Part shown: piece after piece, positions 52,618 to 62,100 of the stretch
Position numbering within the stretch: position 1 is the first letter of the stretch
Layout of the letters: the number at the start of each line of letters is the position of its first letter
Notes under the pieces: model-generated
Database searches by the model: none
What the model was told of the DNA's origin: nothing
What the model saw: only the letters and a program-made list of their open reading frames with translations
Assembly (NCBI GenBank): GCA_048884965.1
Contig: JBHLQH010000004.1
Span: 32,001 to 96,000 of the forward strand
Source of the DNA: Candidatus Thorarchaeota archaeon
GTDB taxonomy: Archaea; Asgardarchaeota; Thorarchaeia; Thorarchaeales; Thorarchaeaceae
Length of the DNA stretch: 64,000 nucleotides
Reading direction: 5' to 3'
Program-made: the position numbers and the translations under genes

Positions 52618-55449
52618 TTATGACCGAACATCTTCATTCTTGTATCTCTCAGGGTCGGCGTCAAACGTGTCCTTACAGTATTGCGCACAGAAATAGTACT
52701 TCTTTCCTTCGTACTCACTCACCAGAGTTGCAGTTGCCGTATCCACATCCATCTTACAGATTGGATCAATCGCCACTGGAGTTGTAGCTTCGTGTTCAGG
52801 CGTAATATCCTCATACTTCTCCGGATCAGCCTCAAAGGTATCCTTGCAATATTGTGCACAGAAGTAGTAGCGTTTGTCCTTATAGTCAGAGAAAAGCTCA
52901 GCTGTTGCGATATCAACCTTCATCTTGCAGATTGGATCTATTACAACATCTCCTTCTTGATAGGCAGCAACTGGAGTGGATGCTTTCTTGATCCCCGGGT
53001 GTTCGGGTTTGAATCGATTCAATGTCAGGGCATTTGCGACAACACTAACGCTTGAAAGAGCCATTGCAAGTCCAGCGAATTGAGGTTGTAGATAGAGTCC
53101 AGTTGAAGGAAAGAGCAATCCAGCAGCTATTGGCAAGAGAATGATATTGTATATGAGAGCCCAGAAGAATCCTTGTTTGATTTTGCTCATTGTTAGCTTC
53201 CCAAGCTGAATACCTGTGACAACGTCTTGGAGGTTATCTTTCACAAGGACTATGTCACCCGATTCAACTGAAATATCAGTACCAGAACCTAAAGCAATCC
53301 CTACATCTGCTTGTGCAAGTGCGATAGCGTCATTTACACCATCTCCAGCCATGGCCACCACTCGTTGTTCAGCTTGAAGTTTCTTGATTTGATTCGCCTT
53401 TTCATCAGGGAGCACTTCAGCTAGTACATGATCGATACCAACACTTAGTGCAATTGACTTAGCAGTGGTTTCTTTGTCACCAGTTAGCATCCAAACATCA
53501 ATGCCCATGTTCCTGAGCGACTGAACAGCTTGAATCGAGCTATCCTTTAGTTTGTCTGCTATTGCAAGTATTGCCAGAGGTTTCCCATCTCTAGCAGCAT
53601 AGACAGTTGTCTTCCCTTGCTGCTGAAGCTTATTGTCATATTCCTCAATCCCGGGGAAGTCAATAGAGTTGTCCTTCATGAGTTGTAAATTGCCAATGAG
53701 AATCTCATACCCATCTATCTTGCCTTGGACTCCTTTTCCTGTCAGGTAGATGAAACCAGTTGCTGGCACAATACTGAGAGCTTTCTCCTCAGCATAATGT
53801 ACTATCGCTTCTGCAAGAGGATGCTCGCTGTTCTTCTCAATTGAAGCGATTAGTCTGAGTGCTTCATCTTCACTTACTTCACCAAGGGTCATTATATCAG
53901 TCACAGTAGGTCTACCAATAGTCAGAGTCCCCGTCTTGTCGAAGACTATTGTATCAACGATAGGAATTGTTTCAAGACCATCTCCGGTCTTAATCAATAT
54001 ACCATGCTGAGCACCTTTTCCTATTCCAACCATGATGGCAGTAGGTGTTGCAAGACCTAGTGCACAAGGACAGGCTGCCACGAGTACAGCAATTGTGAAA
54101 TTCAAAGCGAGTGTCCAATCGGCAGCAATGCCAAAGATTGGATATGCAAAGAAGGTCCAGAACACAAAGGTCGCAATTGCAAGGAGTAAAACAATTGGCG
54201 TAAACACCTCTGCAATCGCATCAGCCTTTCTCTGAATAGGTGGTTTATTGGTCTGAGCTTCTTCAACCATCCTTACGATGTGGGAGAGGACAGTGTTTTC
54301 TCCAACATTTGTCGCGCGTATTTGCAGAACACCATACTTGTTGACTGTCCCTCCAACAACTGAGTCCCCAGATTTCTTTTCTACAGGAACAGGTTCTCCG
54401 GTTATCATGGACTCGTCTACAGATGACTTACCTTCAACCACTTGACCGTCGACGGGTACTCTATCGCCTGGTCGTACTAGGACCAAATCATCGACCTCGA
54501 CATCCTCAATGGGTACTACGGATTCTTCCCCGTTGCGAATGATAGTGGCAACTTTTGCTTGCAAGTCCATAAGCCCTCGAATTGCCCGTGAAGTGCGACC
54601 CTTTGCAATTGATTCAAGAGTCCGGCCTAGAAGAATGAAGCTGATCAACAATACAGAGGCATCATAAAAGGAGTTGTAGCCTGTTAGGACAAATGTAGTC
54701 GCAACTGAGTATCCATAGGCAGCACTCGTACCAAGCATTATTAGCGTGTCCATGTTCGTCTTGAGATGTTTTGCAGCTCTAAGTGCGGCTTTGTAGAATG
54801 GATAGCCGCCTATGAATTGTACAGGAGTTGCAAGGAGGAACATAATCAACATCCTAAGCATCTCATCAGGTATTATGGCATCTAATACAGAGAAATGAAT
54901 TAGTACAACAGGAATTGCGAGTATTGTAGAGAATATTAGCAAGAGGGAATAGAATCGGATTTCTTTCTCACGAGCTAAAGATTCCCTATCTGCTCTGACG
55001 CCTTCCGAATCTTCTGGTTCGAACCCAATGCTCTTCAGGGTCTTTCGAATAATCTTGTAAGTCACGAGCGATTCGTCGTATTCAATAAGCATTCTCTTTG
55101 ATTCTGGAAAATGCTTAACGGAAATGATACCATCAAGTGAAGTCAGCTCTTGTCCCATTCGTGTCCAATCTTCTTCCCTGGGACCGCCTTGAATGGTCAA
55201 AGCCATGACAGCTCGTTTGGGACGATACCCTGTCGACTCGATAGCTTTTTCCAAGGTATCCCGATTTACTGATGTAGGATCATATTCTATGATTGCTTTT
55301 TCATCAAGCAAGCTCACTGTCGCCTTTATCACGCCATCTTTTGATAGTAAGGTCTTTTCTATCGTTGCTACACATGATGCGCAATGCATCCCTTCAATTC
55401 GCATAGACATCCGTGAATTGCCTGTTGTGCTCTTCTCACTTTGACTCAT
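52618..55449 (-). CDS. copA: Cu(I)-translocating P1B-type ATPase with two N-terminal HMA-type and two C-terminal YHS/TRASH domains
   Basis: [37 protein letters not shown] and MALSS; two DPICKM.VD...[17 protein letters not shown] repeats. Confidence 0.95.
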   Translation of the reverse strand: MSQSEKSTTGNSRMSMRIEGMHCASCVATIEKTLLSKDGVIKATVSLLDEKAIIEYDPTSVNRDTLEKAIESTGYRPKRAVMALTIQGGPREEDWTRMGQELTSLDGIISVKHFPESKRMLIEYDESLVTYKIIRKTLKSIGFEPEDSEGVRADRESLAREKEIRFYSLLLIFSTILAIPVVLIHFSVLDAIIPDEMLRMLIMFLLATPVQFIGGYPFYKAALRAAKHLKTNMDTLIMLGTSAAYGYSVATTFVLTGYNSFYDASVLLISFILLGRTLESIAKGRTSRAIRGLMDLQAKVATIIRNGEESVVPIEDVEVDDLVLVRPGDRVPVDGQVVEGKSSVDESMITGEPVPVEKKSGDSVVGGTVNKYGVLQIRATNVGENTVLSHIVRMVEEAQTNKPPIQRKADAIAEVFTPIVLLLAIATFVFWTFFAYPIFGIAADWTLALNFTIAVLVAACPCALGLATPTAIMVGIGKGAQHGILIKTGDGLETIPIVDTIVFDKTGTLTIGRPTVTDIMTLGEVSEDEALRLIASIEKNSEHPLAEAIVHYAEEKALSIVPATGFIYLTGKGVQGKIDGYEILIGNLQLMKDNSIDFPGIEEYDNKLQQQGKTTVYAARDGKPLAILAIADKLKDSSIQAVQSLRNMGIDVWMLTGDKETTAKSIALSVGIDHVLAEVLPDEKANQIKKLQAEQRVVAMAGDGVNDAIALAQADVGIALGSGTDISVESGDIVLVKDNLQDVVTGIQLGKLTMSKIKQGFFWALIYNIILLPIAAGLLFPSTGLYLQPQFAGLAMALSSVSVVANALTLNRFKPEHPGIKKASTPVAAYQEGDVVIDPICKMKVDIATAELFSDYKDKRYYFCAQYCKDTFEADPEKYEDITPEHEATTPVAIDPICKMDVDTATATLVSEYEGKKYYFCAQYCKDTFDADPERYKNEDVRS

Positions 55450-55460
55450 TCTTATCACCC

Positions 55461-55940
55461 CTAATGTTCGTGTTCCAAATAGAGATCGTTCTTATACGCC
55501 CTAGCACAATGGATACAACAAAATCCAAGCATGACTCCATCAATTTCCTCTCGATGGACTCCATCAAAGACTCTAGCGCCGCAGCTGGCACAGGTTTCCA
55601 GTGTAGGTTCCAATGCAGAAGCAGTGATTGCAGAAAACCGTTTGAAGAGACGATTTGTGAACTTCTCGCCTTTCTTTGATAGAGAGTATACGATCTTCGG
55701 TCGTCTACCTGAAGCTTCGTCCGTCTTGTTCACGATCTCAAGAGCCTCCAATCTCTGTAGGAATGGATAGAGCGTACCAGCGCTTAGAGAGATACCAGTT
55801 CGATTCTTGAAAGCACGCATGATTCCATAGCCATGGATTGGTCCTTCATGTAGAAGGAGCATTATATAGAACTGGGAGAAGTCTGATAGAATGGATGATA
55901 TCTCTCCAGACTGACTGTCTTTTGCATCGTAGAACTCCAT
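55461..55940 (-). CDS. PadR-family regulator fused to a C-terminal TRASH metal-binding domain
   Basis: [17 protein letters not shown] and [11 protein letters not shown]; CASCG...FCCIHC. Confidence 0.88.
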   Translation of the reverse strand: MEFYDAKDSQSGEISSILSDFSQFYIMLLLHEGPIHGYGIMRAFKNRTGISLSAGTLYPFLQRLEALEIVNKTDEASGRRPKIVYSLSKKGEKFTNRLFKRFSAITASALEPTLETCASCGARVFDGVHREEIDGVMLGFCCIHCARAYKNDLYLEHEH

Positions 55941-55972
55941 AACGGACTCACTTCCTATAGTATCCCGATAGA

Positions 55973-56013
55973 TATATCGGTACGGATATATTATATATCG
56001 GGGACGATATATA
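55973..56013. promoter_or_regulatory. Tandem palindromic operators TATATCG-N4-CGATATA upstream of padR-copA
   Basis: TATATCG-GTAC-GGATATA (55973-55990) and perfect TATATATCG-GGGA-CGATATATA (55992-56013), 21-bp period. Confidence 0.7.
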
Positions 56014-56058
56014 TACTTACTGATGTGGTGAGAAACGATTTGTTAGTGAAGTGAGAAA

Positions 56059-56646
56059 TCACCCAATGAAGAGGTCACTTTGCTTGTCTTCATGGGCGTC
56101 TGACATCATCTTGAGAAGATCAGTGAATGTGTTCTCAATGTTGTAACCGGTCTTTGCAGAAGTCTCCTTGAAAACAGCAGGGACGCTTAGCTTCTCGATG
56201 AAATATTCAGTGAATTTCCGCCCCTCATCTGATGTAACGATCTGGGATTTAGGTCGACCCTCTCGAATGTCAGTCTTATTCCCCACAATCACTGTAGGAG
56301 GCAGAGGGCCCATATTCTTGTATGCTTCAACAAGCCATTTACTAGCATTGTCAAAGGACTCTCGGTCCACAGTTGAATAAACAAGGATTATGCCATTACA
56401 GCCGTGGTAGTAGTGTCCACGAACTTGTGCGAAGGATGGCTGACCTGCAAGATCCCAAATGATGAATTTAATTATCTCATTATCAAATAGAACGCGCTTC
56501 GTAGCTAGATCAACACCAATCGTAGCGATATGGCCTTCAATGAACTCATCCCCAAGATAGTTACGCCTGATTGATGTTTTGCCTACAGACCCATCACCGA
56601 TAAGGACAGCTTTCATTACTTTGCTACCGTCGTCCTGATCTCTCAT
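56059..56646 (-). CDS. Rab-like small GTPase
   Basis: GDGSVGKTS, ATIGVD, WDLAGQ, YYHG, NKTD and ETSAK. Confidence 0.93.
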   Translation of the reverse strand: MRDQDDGSKVMKAVLIGDGSVGKTSIRRNYLGDEFIEGHIATIGVDLATKRVLFDNEIIKFIIWDLAGQPSFAQVRGHYYHGCNGIILVYSTVDRESFDNASKWLVEAYKNMGPLPPTVIVGNKTDIREGRPKSQIVTSDEGRKFTEYFIEKLSVPAVFKETSAKTGYNIENTFTDLLKMMSDAHEDKQSDLFIG

Positions 56647-56773
56647 CCAGCTACATCCTCAACTCTTCGGGGGAACATTGTGATTTTTCATCTCAGCAAG
56701 TACCCCTCATTACAGTAATATGAACAACTCATGCATTCATCAAAATAAGGTTAGTGCTAGTTACAAAGGCCAT

Positions 56774-58006
56774 TTAACTATTGAAGGATACAATGGCATC
56801 ATTCACCTTTTTTGCATGCTTTTTCGGGTGAATTGTACCACATCGAATAGCATGGCAATCATGAAAATGAGCGAATGACCACAACCCATCTCGCAAACGA
56901 AGAACTCCTTCCTCCGATAGGAGGTCTGGATGCTCGAGATAGAGTGAGATGAGCTCTAGTACACCATCCTTTCGGTGAACCTTAGCATCAACCCTTCCGC
57001 GAAATTCATTTTGATCAAGGACTGGCAGAACAAAGTATCCATGCTTCCGTTCTGGCTTGGGTACATAGCACTCTATCTTATAGTCAAAATCCCAGATACT
57101 CTTGGGATAATGACGCTCTCGGAGAATATTATCGAAGGGTGTTAGGATCTTAACAGGATGTTGCCCATCAGGCGAGTATTCATCCTCAAGCCGGCATAGA
57201 TGATCCTTGTGAATGAAATACCGATTCTTTTGTCCAAAGTCTACTTCTTCAATTACGTCTCCGAGCAGAGTATCGAGGTAAATCTCTATGGCACTCCGTT
57301 GATTCTTCCAAATCAGGTTTGCAGCCATTCCACCTGTGTAAAGCTTAATGTCCCTATAATCAGCGATTCCTAATGACTTGAGAATCGTTTCAACCAGAAA
57401 AAGAGGAATATCATCAAGAGCCATCGGTTCTGTATCGATTCCAGCTGGAACAACGCGTTCAGGGATATCATAGTACTTCTGGAATCCTTCTCTATGCGAA
57501 ACCATCAGTCTCCCAATGGTCATAAGATACTCTAAAGCTCGCTTCTCCTTCTTCCAATCCCACCAGCCATCACTTTGTGATGTACGCTCTCCGAGGTCTT
57601 TGCTCTTTGTAGCGCCATCTTTCTTTATTTTTCTGTAGACTTCCTCAACAACTTCCTTGTTATCTAAGCCCCATTTCACATACCATCCAGACTTTCGCTT
57701 ACTCATCATTTCCATTTTCCAAGCGTAATAAGGAAAAGACTCCATTGGCATCAGACACATGGAGTGGGACCAATACTCGAACAACTTGCCTTCTTTTTCT
57801 AGTTTCCACACATCTCCCTCTCGATAGTCAGGAAATCGATTATAGGTAATGAGATTATGACTGCGACTCACAACAGAGATTGTATCGATCTGAATATTGT
57901 GAATGCGCTTTGCAACATCAAGAACGGACTTGCTGGGAGCGTCTGTCCTCAATCCTTGTATGTCCAAAATCAGACTACGGACGTGTTCTGGAGATGCTTG
58001 AAGCAT
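56774..58006 (-). CDS. ycaQ: YcaQ/AlkZ (HTH_42) family DNA crosslink glycosylase
   Basis: IQIDTISVVSRSH (QxD motif), LFEYWSH, GWWDWK..KRALE, LTPFDN, FDYKIECYVP...RKHGYFVLP and GRVDAK. Start taken at ATG 58006 (410 aa). Confidence 0.9.
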   Translation of the reverse strand: MLQASPEHVRSLILDIQGLRTDAPSKSVLDVAKRIHNIQIDTISVVSRSHNLITYNRFPDYREGDVWKLEKEGKLFEYWSHSMCLMPMESFPYYAWKMEMMSKRKSGWYVKWGLDNKEVVEEVYRKIKKDGATKSKDLGERTSQSDGWWDWKKEKRALEYLMTIGRLMVSHREGFQKYYDIPERVVPAGIDTEPMALDDIPLFLVETILKSLGIADYRDIKLYTGGMAANLIWKNQRSAIEIYLDTLLGDVIEEVDFGQKNRYFIHKDHLCRLEDEYSPDGQHPVKILTPFDNILRERHYPKSIWDFDYKIECYVPKPERKHGYFVLPVLDQNEFRGRVDAKVHRKDGVLELISLYLEHPDLLSEEGVLRLRDGLWSFAHFHDCHAIRCGTIHPKKHAKKVNDAIVSFNS

Positions 58007-58062
58007 AAAGTTGAACGACTCAATGTCTCTTAAGTAGAGTTCTCTCAACGAAACTGAGTAGT

Positions 58063-59100
58063 CTAGAACCGCTTCTTCTTTGATTTGTAAGAAGCATAAC
58101 GAGTGCGAAGTTCTGAAGAGAACCATTCGCTTTGCTCATCAATTCTTGATAATGAGTATAACAAATCATATGAGATCCAACGACTCGCTTCTGGTCGAGT
58201 CTCGTACTCCCAAAGACCGTACTTGTTCTGTTGCTGTTGTATCCAAGAGACCAATTCATCTACTCGAGCATCAGATCGATTGGCACCAATACGCCCACAA
58301 AGGTCCAAGACTAATGCGGGATCAAAGTTCGCATGGTATGTGAGATTGCCACGATGTTGTTCGAACCCGATGATTCTAGCGGTATTGAAACCCAGAGTTC
58401 TTCGATCCCGAGTTTCTCTGGCAAGTAACAGATCTAATGCTCTCTTTGCCTCGGCACTTGTTCTTCTTTGAGGATGATAGGCTAAGCAAGTCAGAGCAAG
58501 TGTTGTATTGGTTCGGCAGCCCCATTGAGTATGAGGCATCTTTCTATACCCAGCTTGATACCCATAGACCTCGCCAATTTTGCCCGCAGGCCAAGATCCA
58601 TCATCAAGACGTTGATCCAAAAGCCATTCATACGCAATTTCAGCTCTCTCGTCAGTACTGTGACCACTCGCTGCAATCCCTAGAAGAGGGAGTGATGTTT
58701 GAAGTGGTACCATGGTGTACTGCCGCTTCGGTTCTGAGATTCCATCATATGCATGCGGGATAGGCCAAGTTCCGTTCCTCTGTTGCGCTCTGAAGATATA
58801 CTCTACACCGTTGAGAATTGTAGGATGTTCTTTTGGAAAGCCCAAATAGCCTAAGCGAAGCAGAGAAAGGGCAGTTGATCTCACTGGATTCTTCCTTTGA
58901 GCTTCAGCTCCATCCAAGTCACTCCATGAACCATCCTTGTTTTGCGACTTGATGATCGAGCTCGCTAGAGGATCATCCTCTCTCATCGCCTGAAGTTCCA
59001 GCACTTCCTCTTCGTCTTCGGAGAAGTTCAATAATCTCCGAAGTATAAGGTATCGAAGATTGGGTGAACGATCAGCAAGCAATAGAGGTATCCAAGTCAT
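58063..59100 (-). CDS. Alpha-alpha toroid protein with QW repeats (prenyltransferase/squalene cyclase repeat-like)
   Basis: QNKDGSW, QQRNGTW, QRLDDGSW and QNKYGLW; no DxDD motif; ATGA overlap with the upstream UvrA-like gene. Confidence 0.8.
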   Translation of the reverse strand: MTWIPLLLADRSPNLRYLILRRLLNFSEDEEEVLELQAMREDDPLASSIIKSQNKDGSWSDLDGAEAQRKNPVRSTALSLLRLGYLGFPKEHPTILNGVEYIFRAQQRNGTWPIPHAYDGISEPKRQYTMVPLQTSLPLLGIAASGHSTDERAEIAYEWLLDQRLDDGSWPAGKIGEVYGYQAGYRKMPHTQWGCRTNTTLALTCLAYHPQRRTSAEAKRALDLLLARETRDRRTLGFNTARIIGFEQHRGNLTYHANFDPALVLDLCGRIGANRSDARVDELVSWIQQQQNKYGLWEYETRPEASRWISYDLLYSLSRIDEQSEWFSSELRTRYASYKSKKKRF

Positions 59101-62100
59101 TTCTTCACCTCCAGCAGATTTCTCAGATGGACAGCTGTTGGGGTATTACCATTAGAAACCTCCAATGGAGTACCCTGGGCAATGACATACCCTCCCTCAG
59201 GACCACCCTTCGGACCGAATTCGATGAGATGGTCACAAGCGGCCAGTAAATGTGGATGGTGCTCAATTACAACTACACCATTCCCATTATCGACCAGTCT
59301 ATTCAATACTTCAACCAAGCGTTCAACATCCTCCATATGTTGACCAACTGTGGGCTCGTCGAATATGAACAATGTGCCGGGACTTGATTTCTTTGATATT
59401 TCTTGAGCAATCTTGAGACGTTGTATCTCTCCCCCTGATAAGGTTCGGCTGGGTTGCCTGAGACCAAGGTAACCTAGTCCCACATCCAACGCCGCTCGTA
59501 ATTCATTCGATACACGAACATCATCCTTGAAAATCTCATAGACTTCTTCCAATGTCATCTCATTCAATTCCGGCAGTGAGATACCTTGGATCCGAACTTT
59601 CCAGGCTTCCTGTGAATAGCCAGTACCATTGCATATCTCACAATCAGTAAAGAGATCAGGAAGGAATCCCATCTCGATACGGATTCGACCATTTCCGTCA
59701 CATGCTGTGCAGGGCTTCGTTATCTGCTCGACATCATAGCCTAGTCCCATGGCATCCTCACTCTCTGAATATATCTTCGCTAAGGGTTTGAAAAGATCCA
59801 ACGCCTGACCGGGACTAGAGATTCCCTTTCTACCTTGATCCAGTATTATTGTTTTCTGAGGAGTGCCCTCGAGAGTATCATACTCACCCGGCTCCAGCGG
59901 TTCATAGGAAACACTTGTAGTGAATTTCTTTGGAGCAATTGCACGACCAATGGTATCAATCATGAAGGTGCTCTTTCCGGATCCAGACACCCCACAAATA
60001 CCAACGAGAACGTCTGTAGGTATCCTCACTGTCAAGTTTTTCAGATTGTTCTCTCTTGCACCACTGATGCTCATCCATGATCTTGAGATGCGGTAGTTCC
60101 TTCTGGTTGCGGGTCGCTTCTTGCCTGATAGCCAAAGTCCAGTAATTGTATCGCTCTTTCGAAGCTCAGCAAGATTTCCAGATACTAGTACCCTGCCGCC
60201 ATTTCGACCAGACCCAGGCCCGATATCAAGTAGGAAGTCAGCAGAATTGATGACATCGTGGTCGTGCTCTACAATGATAACTGAATTGCCTTCATTGGTA
60301 AGATCCTTGAGGACATCTATCAGTGCGTTCACTTCTGAAGGATGCATACCTCGAGTCGGCTCATCTAGAAGTATCGTGAGGGAAGTAAGACCACTGCCAA
60401 GTAATGACGATAGGACTAGGCGCTGAGCTTCACCAGCGGACAATGTAGAAGCAACTCGATTTATGTGAAGATATCCCAGACCGACCTTCTCTAGGAACTC
60501 CAATCTGGTCATAATCTTGCGAAGTGCAGAAACCGAAATCGGATTATCGTTGATTTCCGATGTGAGCGGAATAAGAAACTCTCGTAGGTGAGATAGTGTC
60601 ATGCTCTGCAATTCATGGATGTTATGCTTCAGAATCTTGACTTGCAGATATGTATCTCGCAATCCAGTACCTCTACAACTTTTGCACGGTTCAGTCCTTG
60701 TGTAGGTCCCTCCAAAATCCCAGTCGCTCACCCATTTGTAGAAACCAGCCCATTTTCCTTTCCCTGTTACTTCGACCTTCTTCCCTCTTCGATTTCCAAT
60801 ATAGGATATCTCCATGGGCTCTTGGTTCGGGTCCCCATACAAGAAGACATTCTTTGCTTCCGCAGACAAATCATCCCAAGGAGTCATCTTTGGATCAAAA
60901 TCATATCTTTGGCCTAGCGCCTTAAGTGCTCCTGCAGCCCAGCTTGTTGGAGTACAGAAGTATCCTTTGGGAAAGTATCCCGGAGAGTACATAGCACCAT
61001 CACAGATAGGCTTCTCTGGGTGTATGATGAGCTTCTCAGGCATAGGTACCTGTTGACTTCCTACGCCACTACAGGTTTCGCATGCTGAAGTATAGGTTCT
61101 AGAGTTGAAATCCCTTGGTTTGAAGAGAGATTGAGTGAATCCACATTTCTTGCAGACCCACTTATCCAAGCGTGAAAGTTTGGACCCACACGAGGGACAT
61201 GTTCTCGTACCTATCTGAGCGAAAAGGACGGTGAGATTCTCAGCTATCTCAGTCACCGTTCCTACCGTCGTTCGACGAGCATAGACGGACCAGTAACCAG
61301 CTCCTCGTCTTCTTCGGGAGCTGATCGACAGTGTTACTCCAAGACCTGACACACTCTCGACCGGTGCTTCAGGACCCTCACTTGTGGCATGTCGTTCGTA
61401 TACGGAGAGGGTCTCATAGAATCGTCGCTCAGCTTCCGCCTGAAGGACATCGCGGACAAGGGAACTCTTTCCTGAACCTGAGATACCAGTCACTACCGTC
61501 ATCTTCCCTTTTGGAATATCAACATCGACATCTCGAAGGTTGTTAGCAGAAGCCTTCCTAACCGAGATGCTTTCAGAAACATAATGACTCTCAAAGTCGG
61601 TCCCATCTTTTGGCTCAACTGTCTTTTCTTCTCTCAGCGCCTGGGCCGTCGGACTGTCCCTAGTATCCATAAGGTCATCAAATGGACCGGCATAGAGCAA
61701 CTGACCTCCCTTGGGACCTGCACCGGGTCCAAGGTCAACGACCCAATCAGCACTTTTGATCACATCGGTATTGTGTTCGACTACAACCAATGTAGCTCCA
61801 GCCTTGACCAATCGGTCTAGCACTTGCAAGAGCCCAGACAGATCAGCAGCATGCAAGCCAGTAGAAGGCTCATCAAGGATGATCATCTTGTCCTTCAGAG
61901 CACGCATGCCTAGATATTTCGCAAGTTTGACGCGTTGACTCTCTCCACCACTGAGAGTGGGAGAAGGTTGCCCTAGGGATAGATAACCAAGACCAATATC
62001 AACTAGTGCGTCAAGTACTCGAACCGCACTTGTCCGTTTGGCTACAGGAATTCGCGTTTCATCCTTCAATAGGTCCCTCACATCTCTAATAGAAAGTTCA

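Noticed and set aside
58063-59100. QW-repeat protein as a Rab prenyltransferase (near the GTPase at 56059) or a squalene cyclase
   Set aside because: No DxDD or recognisable Zn-binding motif, only one toroid, the nearby GTPase has no C-terminal Cys, and the gene is translationally coupled to UvrA instead.
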